Source: an uncultured delta proteobacterium (lineage in GTDB: Bacteria; Myxococcota; B64-G9). From it: a stretch of 64,000 bases of DNA. Location of the stretch: NCBI GenBank assembly GCA_963754925.1, contig CAVWHX010000004.1:384001-448000 (forward strand), written 5' to 3'. Positions 38,259 to 47,372 of this stretch are shown here, in pieces. Position numbers and translations under genes: made by a program. Within the stretch, counting starts at the first letter, position 1. Every line of letters starts with the position of its first letter. The notes under the pieces are model-generated. The model was given only the letters and a program-made list of their open reading frames with translations, was not told the DNA's origin and made no database searches.

Positions 38259-39760
38259 CTACCCGGCAGTGTGTCTCTATTCCGCTTCCCGCCTATCTAC
38301 GTGATCATGTGGTTGACGGGCAGTCTGTTTTGCCGGCAGCCGAAGCGCTTCAATGGTTGGCTTCGGAAGTCAAGCGTCAGTTCCCCGTGCTGGATGTATC
38401 CCACACCAGCGACGCGCAGTTTCTGCGCTTGTTACCATTAAGCACCAAACCGGGAACGGTGGCAGGCTCCTTGGATGCATTGATAGAGCTCTCGCCGTTA
38501 ACAGAAGATGGTATCTATGCCTCGCTGCTCACCAAGCAGCAAACTAAGGTTGGGTTGCACCGGACCAGAGAACATGTCTCGGTGTGTTTCGGCAAAGCCC
38601 AACCGAACAGTTCTCTGCCGATTGATGATGCATGGTGCCTTGAGGGGGTGTGCACCGTGATTCCAAAAACACTCCTCTATGGCGAGATGGTGCCGTTCGG
38701 ACCTTCCTTCCACAATGTACTCGATCCCATTCGCTTCAGTCGGAGCGGAGCAACCGCTTGGCTTCAAGCGCCTGAGCTTGGCCCAGTAACGGCAACGGTG
38801 CAGACCGGGTCGGCCTTTGTCTTCGACGCCGCGCTTCACCTTGCCTGCGGGTGGAGTCAGTATGACTCTGGAATCGTCACGTTTCCCACGGGGTACGCAA
38901 ACCGCCAGATTATCAATCCTACCCAACCCGGAGAACACTATTATTGTTCCGTCATGCCCAAAGGTCATACAAAAGACCGCTTTCTGTTCGATATCCTCAT
39001 ACTTGACAGGAATGGCAACATCCGGGAGTCGGTTCGCCAGGTGATGATGCAGGACATTTTCCATGGCCGTCTGAGGGCGCCTACGGATTTGAAACTGGTC
39101 GGCCGTGAATTCGAAGAGCAGCTAACCGCGCTGTGTCCAAGCACTGCCATTGTTGAGATTGCTGCGCTGTCTCCCGCTGCCGCCAAAGCGCTTTCACCGT
39201 TAGAGCAGGAACGCTCCAAAACCATGGCGGAAAAAAGACGCACCGCTTTTTGTGCGGGCAGAGCGGCGCTCCGCATAGCGGCGCGACGCTTTATGGAAGC
39301 ACACGGATTACCCCTATCGACGAACATTGAGATCGGATCCTACGATACTGGCGCGCCCTGGGTTCGGTGGCCCTTGATGTCTGAATCATGCTACTACGCC
39401 GTATCTCACGATTCGCGTTTTGCCGTGGCTCTGTTCGATGAGCGCCCCGTTGGCATCGATGTGGAACAGTTGAGGGATACGGCGTACCATCATCGAAAAC
39501 GTTTCCTCTCCGAGCAGGAGCGCTCCGCCGTGGAGAGTTCCGCACTCGATCCGGAGCAATCGGCCCTGCGCGCTTGGTCCATCAAAGAAGCGGCGGTAAA
39601 AAGGTTCCTGCAACCTCTCGGTACGATCTGGAACTCGCTCACCGTCCGTGCTATAGGCTCAACGGAGAGCTCGTTCGAGTATAACGGCAAGCTCTGGAAA
39701 GCACAGCATACGGACTTTGACGATCACGTCGTGACGGTTATCAACTCATCGGCGACCTGA
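38255..39760 (+). CDS. PKS-type dehydratase fused to a 4'-phosphopantetheinyl transferase
   Basis: YLRDHVVDGQSVLPA (HxxxGxxxxP) and FDAALH, then C-terminal SHD, VGIDVE and WSIKEA. Confidence 0.82.
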   Translation: MTTRQCVSIPLPAYLRDHVVDGQSVLPAAEALQWLASEVKRQFPVLDVSHTSDAQFLRLLPLSTKPGTVAGSLDALIELSPLTEDGIYASLLTKQQTKVGLHRTREHVSVCFGKAQPNSSLPIDDAWCLEGVCTVIPKTLLYGEMVPFGPSFHNVLDPIRFSRSGATAWLQAPELGPVTATVQTGSAFVFDAALHLACGWSQYDSGIVTFPTGYANRQIINPTQPGEHYYCSVMPKGHTKDRFLFDILILDRNGNIRESVRQVMMQDIFHGRLRAPTDLKLVGREFEEQLTALCPSTAIVEIAALSPAAAKALSPLEQERSKTMAEKRRTAFCAGRAALRIAARRFMEAHGLPLSTNIEIGSYDTGAPWVRWPLMSESCYYAVSHDSRFAVALFDERPVGIDVEQLRDTAYHHRKRFLSEQERSAVESSALDPEQSALRAWSIKEAAVKRFLQPLGTIWNSLTVRAIGSTESSFEYNGKLWKAQHTDFDDHVVTVINSSAT

Positions 39761-39769
39761 ACGAAACCC

Positions 39770-40351
39770 ATGGCTCTATGGATTATCGCCCTTACGGGGA
39801 CCTACCTTATCGGCTCGATAAACTTTTCAATCCTGCTTTTTAAAATTACCGGGAAAGACGATCCCCGTGCGGGCCACAGCGGTAATCCCGGTGTCACCAA
39901 CGTCTACCGCCAAGCGGGAATGGCCGCCGCAAGTTTCGTGCTCGCTCTCGACTTAAGCCGAGCATTGCTCGTGGCGTACCTCGGCGCCCGGCTGTTCTCC
40001 CGTGAGCTGATTGACTGGTTGGGATTCGCGTTGATCCTCGGTAACCGTTACCCCTGCTTCCATGGCTTCCAGGGGGGCAAGGGGGTTGCGAATTTTCTGG
40101 GATTTACGCTGGGACTCGCGCCAGCATGGGCAGGGATCTCTGCACTCACCTGGCTTGCCGTGCGTGCTTTCGTAACGACTACCTTTATTCCTTCTCTCGC
40201 GATGGTAGCGGTGCTCGCGGGAGGATGTATGGCTGCGGGAGGCTACTCGGTGCCCGCGCTACTTGCAACATTCCTTATCTGCTTGCTCACTTTAATCGGT
40301 CATAAAAAAAATATCGAAGCATTTTTGGCGGAGAGAAAGAAAACCGAATAA
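39770..40351 (+). CDS. plsY: Acyl-phosphate:glycerol-3-phosphate acyltransferase
   Basis: YLIGSI, SGNPGVTNVYR, GGKGVA and HKKNI. Confidence 0.9.
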   Translation: MALWIIALTGTYLIGSINFSILLFKITGKDDPRAGHSGNPGVTNVYRQAGMAAASFVLALDLSRALLVAYLGARLFSRELIDWLGFALILGNRYPCFHGFQGGKGVANFLGFTLGLAPAWAGISALTWLAVRAFVTTTFIPSLAMVAVLAGGCMAAGGYSVPALLATFLICLLTLIGHKKNIEAFLAERKKTE

Positions 40352-40403
40352 AAGTACTGGCACCGCCGGACACTACTCATAGCACCGTGCAACACCTTGA
40401 AAG

Positions 40404-41822
40404 TTAGGTATATGACGTTGGTGTTAAAGTAGAATATCCTAGTATCTCGAGCGCCGCGTGATGGTCTCGCTTACCGACTGTGGTCGTCGGTATTTTGTCA
40501 ACGCACACCATACGGCGAGGAATAGCGACTGCATCGAGTCTCGTTTGAAGAAGTCGAGTGAGTTTTTCGGCAGGCACCTCACTGACCACGAGAGCAACTA
40601 TCAGATTTCCACGGCTTTCAGGCGTGGGGACGGCCAGGACGAAAGCATCGGTTATTCCCGGAAGCGCTTTAAGTGCCGATTCGACTTCTAAAAGATCCAC
40701 ACGCTTTCCGCCAACCTTCACGAGACCGTCAATTCTTCCAATCAGCTCAAAGCAATTAGTTCCCCGCGATCGCACCCTATCGCCGGTGAAGTAAAAGCCA
40801 TCGGCGTCACGGTCGAGATTCCTCGAAAGAAAGGGCGAGTTGACCGCGAGTCGATTATCGTCTCCCACGCGCCACCGAACCACCGGGAACGGTGTCCATG
40901 CCTGTTCACCGGCATGACGGCAGCGGGAGGCGATTCCGCCGGTTTCAGTCGATCCGTAAATCTCGGTGACGCCAACACCAGAACACTGTGAAAAACGCCT
41001 GCCATAGGACTCTTCGAGAAATCCTCCCGACGAAAATGCGAGCCTGAGTTTGTTAAGTGAAAAGTCTTTATCAGGCAGTACCTGATAGTGCATCGGTCCT
41101 GCAATAAATACGGTGGCTTGTACCGATACGAGCGTTGCAACGATCTCGTGGGGATAGAACGGCGATTCATCGACTATCGACGCTCCGGTCATGAGCGGCA
41201 GGAGCACGGAGTAGAGCAATCCATAGATATGGAACGGCGGAACCACTGCCACCATGACGTCCGATGAGTTGATCTGAAACCTTTCTCTGAGATATGCAAC
41301 TTCGCCAAACAAATTTCTTATTGATTTGTTCCAAACCACCGGTTTGCCGGTTGATCCGCCGGTATAGAGATAGAGCAACACATCGTCAAGCGGCCGGTCT
41401 AAGGCAAGCGGTGACGAATCGGATTCTTCTTCAACGTGTTCGGTAGAAATGATCTGAAACCCTTCCGGCGCGGAATTTTTTTCGCTCGCCAGTATGACCT
41501 TGGCGGAAAGCGAAGCGCATGCCGCAGCGATAGCAGTCTGGGAGAGAGAGGCTGGCAGAACCAGGCGCGGACCGCCGGCAAGAGACGACAGAACCGCCGC
41601 GCCGACCACTGAGCGATGCGTTGTAGCAACACAGATCGTGTCGTTGCGGCCAAGCCCCAGTGAGGCACATCGTTTCAGAAGGACACGGGCAAGGAATCGG
41701 CTGCCGGCCCGGCGTCCCTTCGACTCCATAAACGGCCAGGCGCCATCTTCCACGAAAAGAGCTTCATTAAGCTTTTGGGCGTCTCGTGTTCTCGGAACAC
41801 CTGGACTCTTAAACGCGGGCAT
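40404..41822 (-). CDS. AMP-dependent acyl-CoA/ACP ligase
   Basis: YTGGSTGKP, HIYGL, YGSTETGG, TGD, GRID and VGK. Confidence 0.88.
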   Translation of the reverse strand: MPAFKSPGVPRTRDAQKLNEALFVEDGAWPFMESKGRRAGSRFLARVLLKRCASLGLGRNDTICVATTHRSVVGAAVLSSLAGGPRLVLPASLSQTAIAAACASLSAKVILASEKNSAPEGFQIISTEHVEEESDSSPLALDRPLDDVLLYLYTGGSTGKPVVWNKSIRNLFGEVAYLRERFQINSSDVMVAVVPPFHIYGLLYSVLLPLMTGASIVDESPFYPHEIVATLVSVQATVFIAGPMHYQVLPDKDFSLNKLRLAFSSGGFLEESYGRRFSQCSGVGVTEIYGSTETGGIASRCRHAGEQAWTPFPVVRWRVGDDNRLAVNSPFLSRNLDRDADGFYFTGDRVRSRGTNCFELIGRIDGLVKVGGKRVDLLEVESALKALPGITDAFVLAVPTPESRGNLIVALVVSEVPAEKLTRLLQTRLDAVAIPRRMVCVDKIPTTTVGKRDHHAALEILGYSTLTPTSYT

Positions 41823-42804
41823 GGCGGTAGGTCATAATACAGGCGCCCAGATAGATGCCGATCGCGGCGGTAGCCCAGAAAATCCGGTCGCCATGCGATT
41901 TTGGCAAGAGACGGTGGATGCGGTCAAAGACATATCCGGCGGAAACCGCATACCGATTACCGCCGTCAAAAAAAGTGTCGTAAACGTACTGCAAGGTGCG
42001 TTTGTCAAGACCGAGCTTCTTCTCCACTCCGGCGATGATAGGAATACCGCCGGGATGTATCGCCCAGTACCGAAAATCAGAGACCGCTAATCGGTGTTTG
42101 CGAAGGAATGGTTCAATGCCGTTTCGCCAAATAAGCTCCGGAACATCATCCGTCATGTATCGACTCAGGTGAATCGCCCCATCATGGTCAGAGCATGCTT
42201 TAGCGGCGGTGCCGGGGATAAACAGGGACGCAACGTCTTCGATAGTGTAGCCCGGCGCGAATGCGTCGTCATCGTCCACGAGCACCAAGAGCATGAAATT
42301 GACGCCGTCGCCAAAAATAACTTTTGAAATCGCATGATGATCGAGCGGCCGTCGTAAAAAAATCGAGGGGAAGTCCATGATGGCGACCAGCGCCACATCG
42401 CCGGCCGTTCGCCGTCCCGACAAACGTTTGTTGTCAAGATACTCAAACACCTGGGGGATAGTGCTGCACACACGGTTGGTCATATACGACGGTTCGCACG
42501 ACGTCAGATTGAGTTCATTCGCTACCAGGCAATCGAGGCCGGGTTTCCGGTTGATCCATTCTTGGGGTAGAAACGTATAACCCACCACCAAATCTTTAAT
42601 CGCGGTTTCAGGAATATCGTAGGTTGAGATGAACGTGCTGAACTGTCGTTTGGTGAGATCCTGTAAATCCTCGCCGTTGTAAAAATAGCGTGTCTTCGGC
42701 CCTTTTAGATCCGCGACCTGATCGCCAAAGAGAGAACGGCATCGTTCGTTGTCAATGGCAAGTCCCGGATTCCACGTTTGAATGTCAATTAGTTTCCACT
42801 TCAT
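41809..42804 (-). CDS. Divergent type III PKS (chalcone-synthase-like)
   Basis: Putative triad of Cys (NRVCS), His (WAIHPGG) and Asn (GGNRY), plus IFGDG. Confidence 0.72.
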   Translation of the reverse strand: MKWKLIDIQTWNPGLAIDNERCRSLFGDQVADLKGPKTRYFYNGEDLQDLTKRQFSTFISTYDIPETAIKDLVVGYTFLPQEWINRKPGLDCLVANELNLTSCEPSYMTNRVCSTIPQVFEYLDNKRLSGRRTAGDVALVAIMDFPSIFLRRPLDHHAISKVIFGDGVNFMLLVLVDDDDAFAPGYTIEDVASLFIPGTAAKACSDHDGAIHLSRYMTDDVPELIWRNGIEPFLRKHRLAVSDFRYWAIHPGGIPIIAGVEKKLGLDKRTLQYVYDTFFDGGNRYAVSAGYVFDRIHRLLPKSHGDRIFWATAAIGIYLGACIMTYRHARV

Positions 42805-43212
42805 TGGTATCTCTCGTATATGTCAATTTCTCAAAAAACCAAAAAGTGGATTTTATAGTTATACCTACAAGATTGCAATGTTAATGATCAGCAACATAAT
42901 GATACAGCACCCCGTGCAATGGTAATACTTCTTGATCATTTTCAAGCACCCGAAAGTCACCGTAACTAGATATAAATACAAGGATTCGCTGCAGCCGTGG
43001 CAAACCGTACCTGATTCAGTGAAAATAATAACGAGAATTCAGGCAGACTAAAAGTTGAGCGCAAAAACCAATCCCCAGTCGTCGGCTTTTGAATAATATG
43101 GTGCAAGACCCCATCTCATCCCTGTTGTGCTTGTTAATTGATCGGCTCTCAAGCTGGAACTCTCCGAGAGCCGATAGGGTTGCATTTCAGCTATGGGTCA
43201 GGCAGGCTGACT

Positions 43213-44412
43213 CTACTTCAGGTTTTCAATCAGAACCGCGGCTCCCATACCACCGCCAACGCAGAGGGTCGCGATGCCCCACTGGATGTTCCGGCGTTTC
43301 ATTTCGTAGGTGAGCGTTAGGATTAAACGGGCGCCCGTGCATCCTACCGGATGGCCTAGGGCGATACCCGACCCGTTCACGTTCACGATCGAGCGGTCCA
43401 GGCCAAGACCGCGCTCGCACGCCAAATATTGAGCCGCGAAGGCCTCGTTGCATTCGATGAGACCAATATCGGAAAGCTTCTTGCCAGTTTTCTTGAGAAG
43501 CTTCTGAACCGCCGGGACCGGCCCGTAGCCCATCAACTGCGGCTCGCATCCAGCCACGGCGTTCGCCGCGATGCGCACCAGAGGTCTTTTACCCAACTTG
43601 TTTGCTTTTTCCAAAGAGGCGACGACCAGGGCCGCAGCGCCGTCGTTGAGCCCTGAGCTGTTGCCCGCCGTGACGGTGCCGGTCTTTTTGAACACCGGCT
43701 TGAGTGCAGCCAAACTCTCTCGGCTAACGTCGCGCCGCGGATGCTCGTCGGTGGTAAACATTTTTGGCTCGCCCCGGCGCTGGGGCACCGGCACCGGAAT
43801 GATCTCGTCCTTAAACCGACCGGCATCGATGGCGGCGACCGCCTTTTTCTGGCTCTCAAAGGCAATCTGGTCCTGGTCTTCTCGCGATATGTTGTATTTC
43901 TCGGCAAGGTTCTCCGCCGTCTGTCCCATGATGTATCCGTCTCCCAGAAGCTGGCTTCCCGAATGGAGGAGCTCCCACATCGAGTCGGTCATCTCGCCAT
44001 GTTGGAGCCGATAGCCCCAGCGCGCGTTTTTAAGCACATACGGCGCATTGCTCATGGATTCGCAGCCGCCGGCGAGCACCATCTCGGAATCGCCCGCGAG
44101 AATTTGTTGTGAGGCAAAGATGGTGGCCTGCATGCCGGAGGCGCATTGCCGCTGGATGGTGGTCGCCGGAACTTCGACGGGGATTCCCGCCTTCAGCGCG
44201 GCGGTTCGCGCCGTGTTCGCCTCCTCGCTGGTTTGTATGCAGTCGCCGAAAATGACATCGTCGAGCATGTCGCCTGCCACCCCCGCCCGCTTAAGAGCTT
44301 CTCCCATGACGAGCGCGGCGAGCTGAAACGCTTTAACATCCTTTAATGATTGTCCAAAGCTGCCGATGGGCGTCCGGCATCCTGCGAGAATGACAACTTC
44401 TTTGTTTGACAT
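43213..44412 (-). CDS. Acetyl-CoA acyltransferase (thiolase)
   Basis: QCASG, NEAFA, GHPVGCTG and LCVGGG. Confidence 0.95.
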   Translation of the reverse strand: MSNKEVVILAGCRTPIGSFGQSLKDVKAFQLAALVMGEALKRAGVAGDMLDDVIFGDCIQTSEEANTARTAALKAGIPVEVPATTIQRQCASGMQATIFASQQILAGDSEMVLAGGCESMSNAPYVLKNARWGYRLQHGEMTDSMWELLHSGSQLLGDGYIMGQTAENLAEKYNISREDQDQIAFESQKKAVAAIDAGRFKDEIIPVPVPQRRGEPKMFTTDEHPRRDVSRESLAALKPVFKKTGTVTAGNSSGLNDGAAALVVASLEKANKLGKRPLVRIAANAVAGCEPQLMGYGPVPAVQKLLKKTGKKLSDIGLIECNEAFAAQYLACERGLGLDRSIVNVNGSGIALGHPVGCTGARLILTLTYEMKRRNIQWGIATLCVGGGMGAAVLIENLK

Positions 44413-44441
44413 AGCGGTTCTCCTACCTGTTGATGTGATTT

Positions 44442-45137
44442 TCAGGTTACCGGAAGATCCTGAGACTTGACCACGCGGTTAGCCTTATTGATGTAACACA
44501 CCGCGTCTTTGTTCAGCGCCGTCAGCGCGCCGTCGGCGGCGACGCGAATTCCGCCTTCGGACGGGATACCAAACCCCACGCTATTTTTTCCGAGCAGCCT
44601 TACCGCGACTTTCAGTTCCTCCCAATCGTCGTCCTCGGCGTGGGTATCGCACACGATCGGAGCAATACCCATGCACGCAAACAGCCTCGCGGTTGTATCG
44701 TCATCGGGATTTTCCCAGCGCACCCAGTGCGCTCCGAGCATGATGCTTCCCGCCGAAAGCCCAAAAAAAAGGATTCCCTGCTGATACCGTTCTTGCAGGA
44801 AGGACATCAGATTGTGCTGCTGCAACCAATGCATCCCCTTATCAACATCACCACCGGCCACGAAGACGGCATCCGACCCGCTAAGGATGGATTGCGCTTC
44901 GTCGACATTCGGCCGTTTTTGAGCTAAAAAAATCTGATCGACGGCTGATACCCCAGCACTGATAAAAAAATTTTCGGAAAACTTGAAAAACGACGGGTCA
45001 TCGCCGTTGGCCGCCCCGATATACGCCACCCGTGGTCGCTTCTTTTCGGTTTCGGCCAAAATACTTTTGAAAATCGGAATAAGGGTATTCGACTTTCTCC
45101 AATTGCCGCCAGCCAACAGATAGATTGGCTTTTTCAT
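44442..45137 (-). CDS. Peptidase S51 (dipeptidase E/cyanophycinase-like)
   Basis: VFVAGGD, GLSAGS and DTH. Confidence 0.8.
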   Translation of the reverse strand: MKKPIYLLAGGNWRKSNTLIPIFKSILAETEKKRPRVAYIGAANGDDPSFFKFSENFFISAGVSAVDQIFLAQKRPNVDEAQSILSGSDAVFVAGGDVDKGMHWLQQHNLMSFLQERYQQGILFFGLSAGSIMLGAHWVRWENPDDDTTARLFACMGIAPIVCDTHAEDDDWEELKVAVRLLGKNSVGFGIPSEGGIRVAADGALTALNKDAVCYINKANRVVKSQDLPVT

Positions 45138-46429
45138 GCAAACATCCTCTTTACATCAAAATCAAAGCTTGCATGCGTTCTGCGGTATTTTCCGGACACC
45201 GTTGGCTCGATATCGTCGCAGGGTTCGATCTGTATGGCTGCATCGCTGCCGTACAGTACCTTTAAGGCGTTAAGACTTGCTTGCGTCACTGGCCTCGGAT
45301 CGCCTACCAAGAGCAGTGATAGGGTATACGCGCCCGCCGCATGCTGTTCAAGGTGATAATCGCGGATACCGTCAATTGCCGAGAGCGCATCGTCAACCTG
45401 CCTGGTCGTCACCAGCCGCCCACTGGTCGTGAAGGTTGCATGGGCCATCCGCCCTTCCATAGCTGAGAGCAGAAATCCCTCGTTCCGGCCGCAGGGGCAC
45501 GACTGGCTCTCATACCGACGCACCAGATCTCCGACATCAAATCGAATCAGCGACATCCAGGGATGATGAAAGGTGGTGATCAAAATACGACCTATCGCCG
45601 GTCCGCCATGAATGCCTTTGAGCGGTTGAAAATCCACCCGACAGAAATCGGTGTTTTGGTGAAACATGCCGTGTTCGCACTGCATAAAGACATAGCCGGC
45701 CTCGGTGGCGCCATACGAGCTTACCACCGGAGTTTGGAATACCTGCTGGATACTGCGCAAGTGCATGGCGGACACATACTCATAGGTAAACACTATCACC
45801 GTGGGTTGATAGGCGCGCAGCCCATTCTCCAGCGCCCACCAGCAGAGCCGCGCCAGAAGCGACGGATTCGCCTCAAACACGATTGGCTGGTATTTCTCCA
45901 GTTCGTCAAGCATGCGCTCGTAATGTCGATCGGTCCACTCACGCGCTCCAACCTTTTCATTCAAAAACAAGAACCGACCGAGTGTGCGCTCGCGCATTGA
46001 AAGATCCGTGTCCGACCGAAATCCCACGTTCAAGGCACTGGCTAAAATAGCCTCGCGATGAGTGCCGTCGAGCGCCGCAGTATGGCGATTGAGTTTCCAC
46101 GACGCCGTCTCCGAGGCGTTCCACCACGGTTGATACCAGATGTTGGTGACACGCTCCGCTGAGGTACCGCTGGTCTGGACAAATTCAATTTCTCCGCGCC
46201 GCAATCCCTCCGCCACGTCACGGTGGTAGGGCACGAGACCCTGGGGAAAATGCCGCCGGATATCGTTTTTAGTCAGTTCCGATAAAACGGCGTAGCGATG
46301 ATCGATAGGAAAACTGTCACCGGGGTCAAACCGCCGCCAGGAATGATACATCGGGACGGTCGAAAGCCCGATGGTCAACGCCTCCTGTGACCTGAGGTAA
46401 TAATCAGATGAAAAATAAGGTCCTTGCAT
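45134..46429 (-). CDS. Phenylacetate-CoA ligase-like (PaaK/CapK) adenylate-forming enzyme
   Basis: TSGTS, YGATEAG, LIRFDVGD and SGKYR. Confidence 0.8.
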   Translation of the reverse strand: MQGPYFSSDYYLRSQEALTIGLSTVPMYHSWRRFDPGDSFPIDHRYAVLSELTKNDIRRHFPQGLVPYHRDVAEGLRRGEIEFVQTSGTSAERVTNIWYQPWWNASETASWKLNRHTAALDGTHREAILASALNVGFRSDTDLSMRERTLGRFLFLNEKVGAREWTDRHYERMLDELEKYQPIVFEANPSLLARLCWWALENGLRAYQPTVIVFTYEYVSAMHLRSIQQVFQTPVVSSYGATEAGYVFMQCEHGMFHQNTDFCRVDFQPLKGIHGGPAIGRILITTFHHPWMSLIRFDVGDLVRRYESQSCPCGRNEGFLLSAMEGRMAHATFTTSGRLVTTRQVDDALSAIDGIRDYHLEQHAAGAYTLSLLLVGDPRPVTQASLNALKVLYGSDAAIQIEPCDDIEPTVSGKYRRTHASFDFDVKRMFA

Positions 46430-46500
46430 TGCTCACATCAATTGCGACGCTCTCTGCTGCTCTACCGCGAGCGTACGTTTCTCGAGAGCGCCGCGCTCAG

Positions 46501-47298
46501 TCATATTTTCCTTCCGGGGATACTCAACGAAGCCGAAATGCCGCCGTCAACCGGAAAAGCCTGGCCGGTGATGTAGCTGGCCTCGTCGCTGGCAAGAAAC
46601 ACGATCGCCCATGCCACCTCTTCGGGTTTTGCCGGACGCCGAAGCTCGCAATACTTGCCCAACTGCGCTTCCTTGCCCGAGCTCCGGGCATAATCAAAAA
46701 AGGGTTTGGTCATCGCCGTCTCAATCAAGCCCGGACAAATTGCATTGATCCTGATATTATGGTCGCCTACTTCACAGGCCGATGTTTGTGTAAAGTTTAT
46801 CAGCGCAGCCTTACTGGCGCTGTAGGCGTTACCGCCGGCGCCCGATCGAACTCCCGCCACCGACGCAATGTTTATGATGGAACCCCGGCGTCGTTCCTTC
46901 ATGTGCGCGATAATATATTTTGTGGCGTACACCGAGCCCATCACATTGACGTCATAAACGTGGTGCCATTCGTCGGCAGTCTGATTTTCAAGGGTTGATA
47001 GCCCACCGGATATCCCGGCATTATTCACCAACACATCCACCTGCTGGTAGGTGCCCAGAGCGAATTCGATGAGAGCCTTAACTTCTTCCTCAACCGCAAC
47101 ATTTGTTTTCTGTATAACCACGTTCGCACCGCTCGCTGTTATTTCTTGCTGGACCTCTTGGAGCGCCTCCTGATTAATATCAGCGAGCACCAGCTTGGAA
47201 CCTTCACGGGCAAAGAGATGCGCCGCTGCTCTGCCGATGCCATTTGCCGCGCCGGTTATGATTGACACGTTACCCTTAAGACGTCCTGTGCTTGACAT
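46501..47298 (-). CDS. Short-chain dehydrogenase/reductase
   Basis: TGAANGIG, NNAG and YSASK. Confidence 0.93.
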   Translation of the reverse strand: MSSTGRLKGNVSIITGAANGIGRAAAHLFAREGSKLVLADINQEALQEVQQEITASGANVVIQKTNVAVEEEVKALIEFALGTYQQVDVLVNNAGISGGLSTLENQTADEWHHVYDVNVMGSVYATKYIIAHMKERRRGSIINIASVAGVRSGAGGNAYSASKAALINFTQTSACEVGDHNIRINAICPGLIETAMTKPFFDYARSSGKEAQLGKYCELRRPAKPEEVAWAIVFLASDEASYITGQAFPVDGGISASLSIPGRKI

Positions 47299-47372
47299 AG
47301 ATAGCCCCTCCGTGATCGATATCGATGCCAGGTGGGAAGTATCTTCTTTTGTTGTACCGTTCTTTGGTTGTC

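Noticed and set aside
42995..43075. GGCAAAC...GCAAAA resembling a c-di-GMP-I riboswitch
   Set aside because: The spacing and P2 stem are non-canonical, and it is on the wrong strand for the flanking genes.
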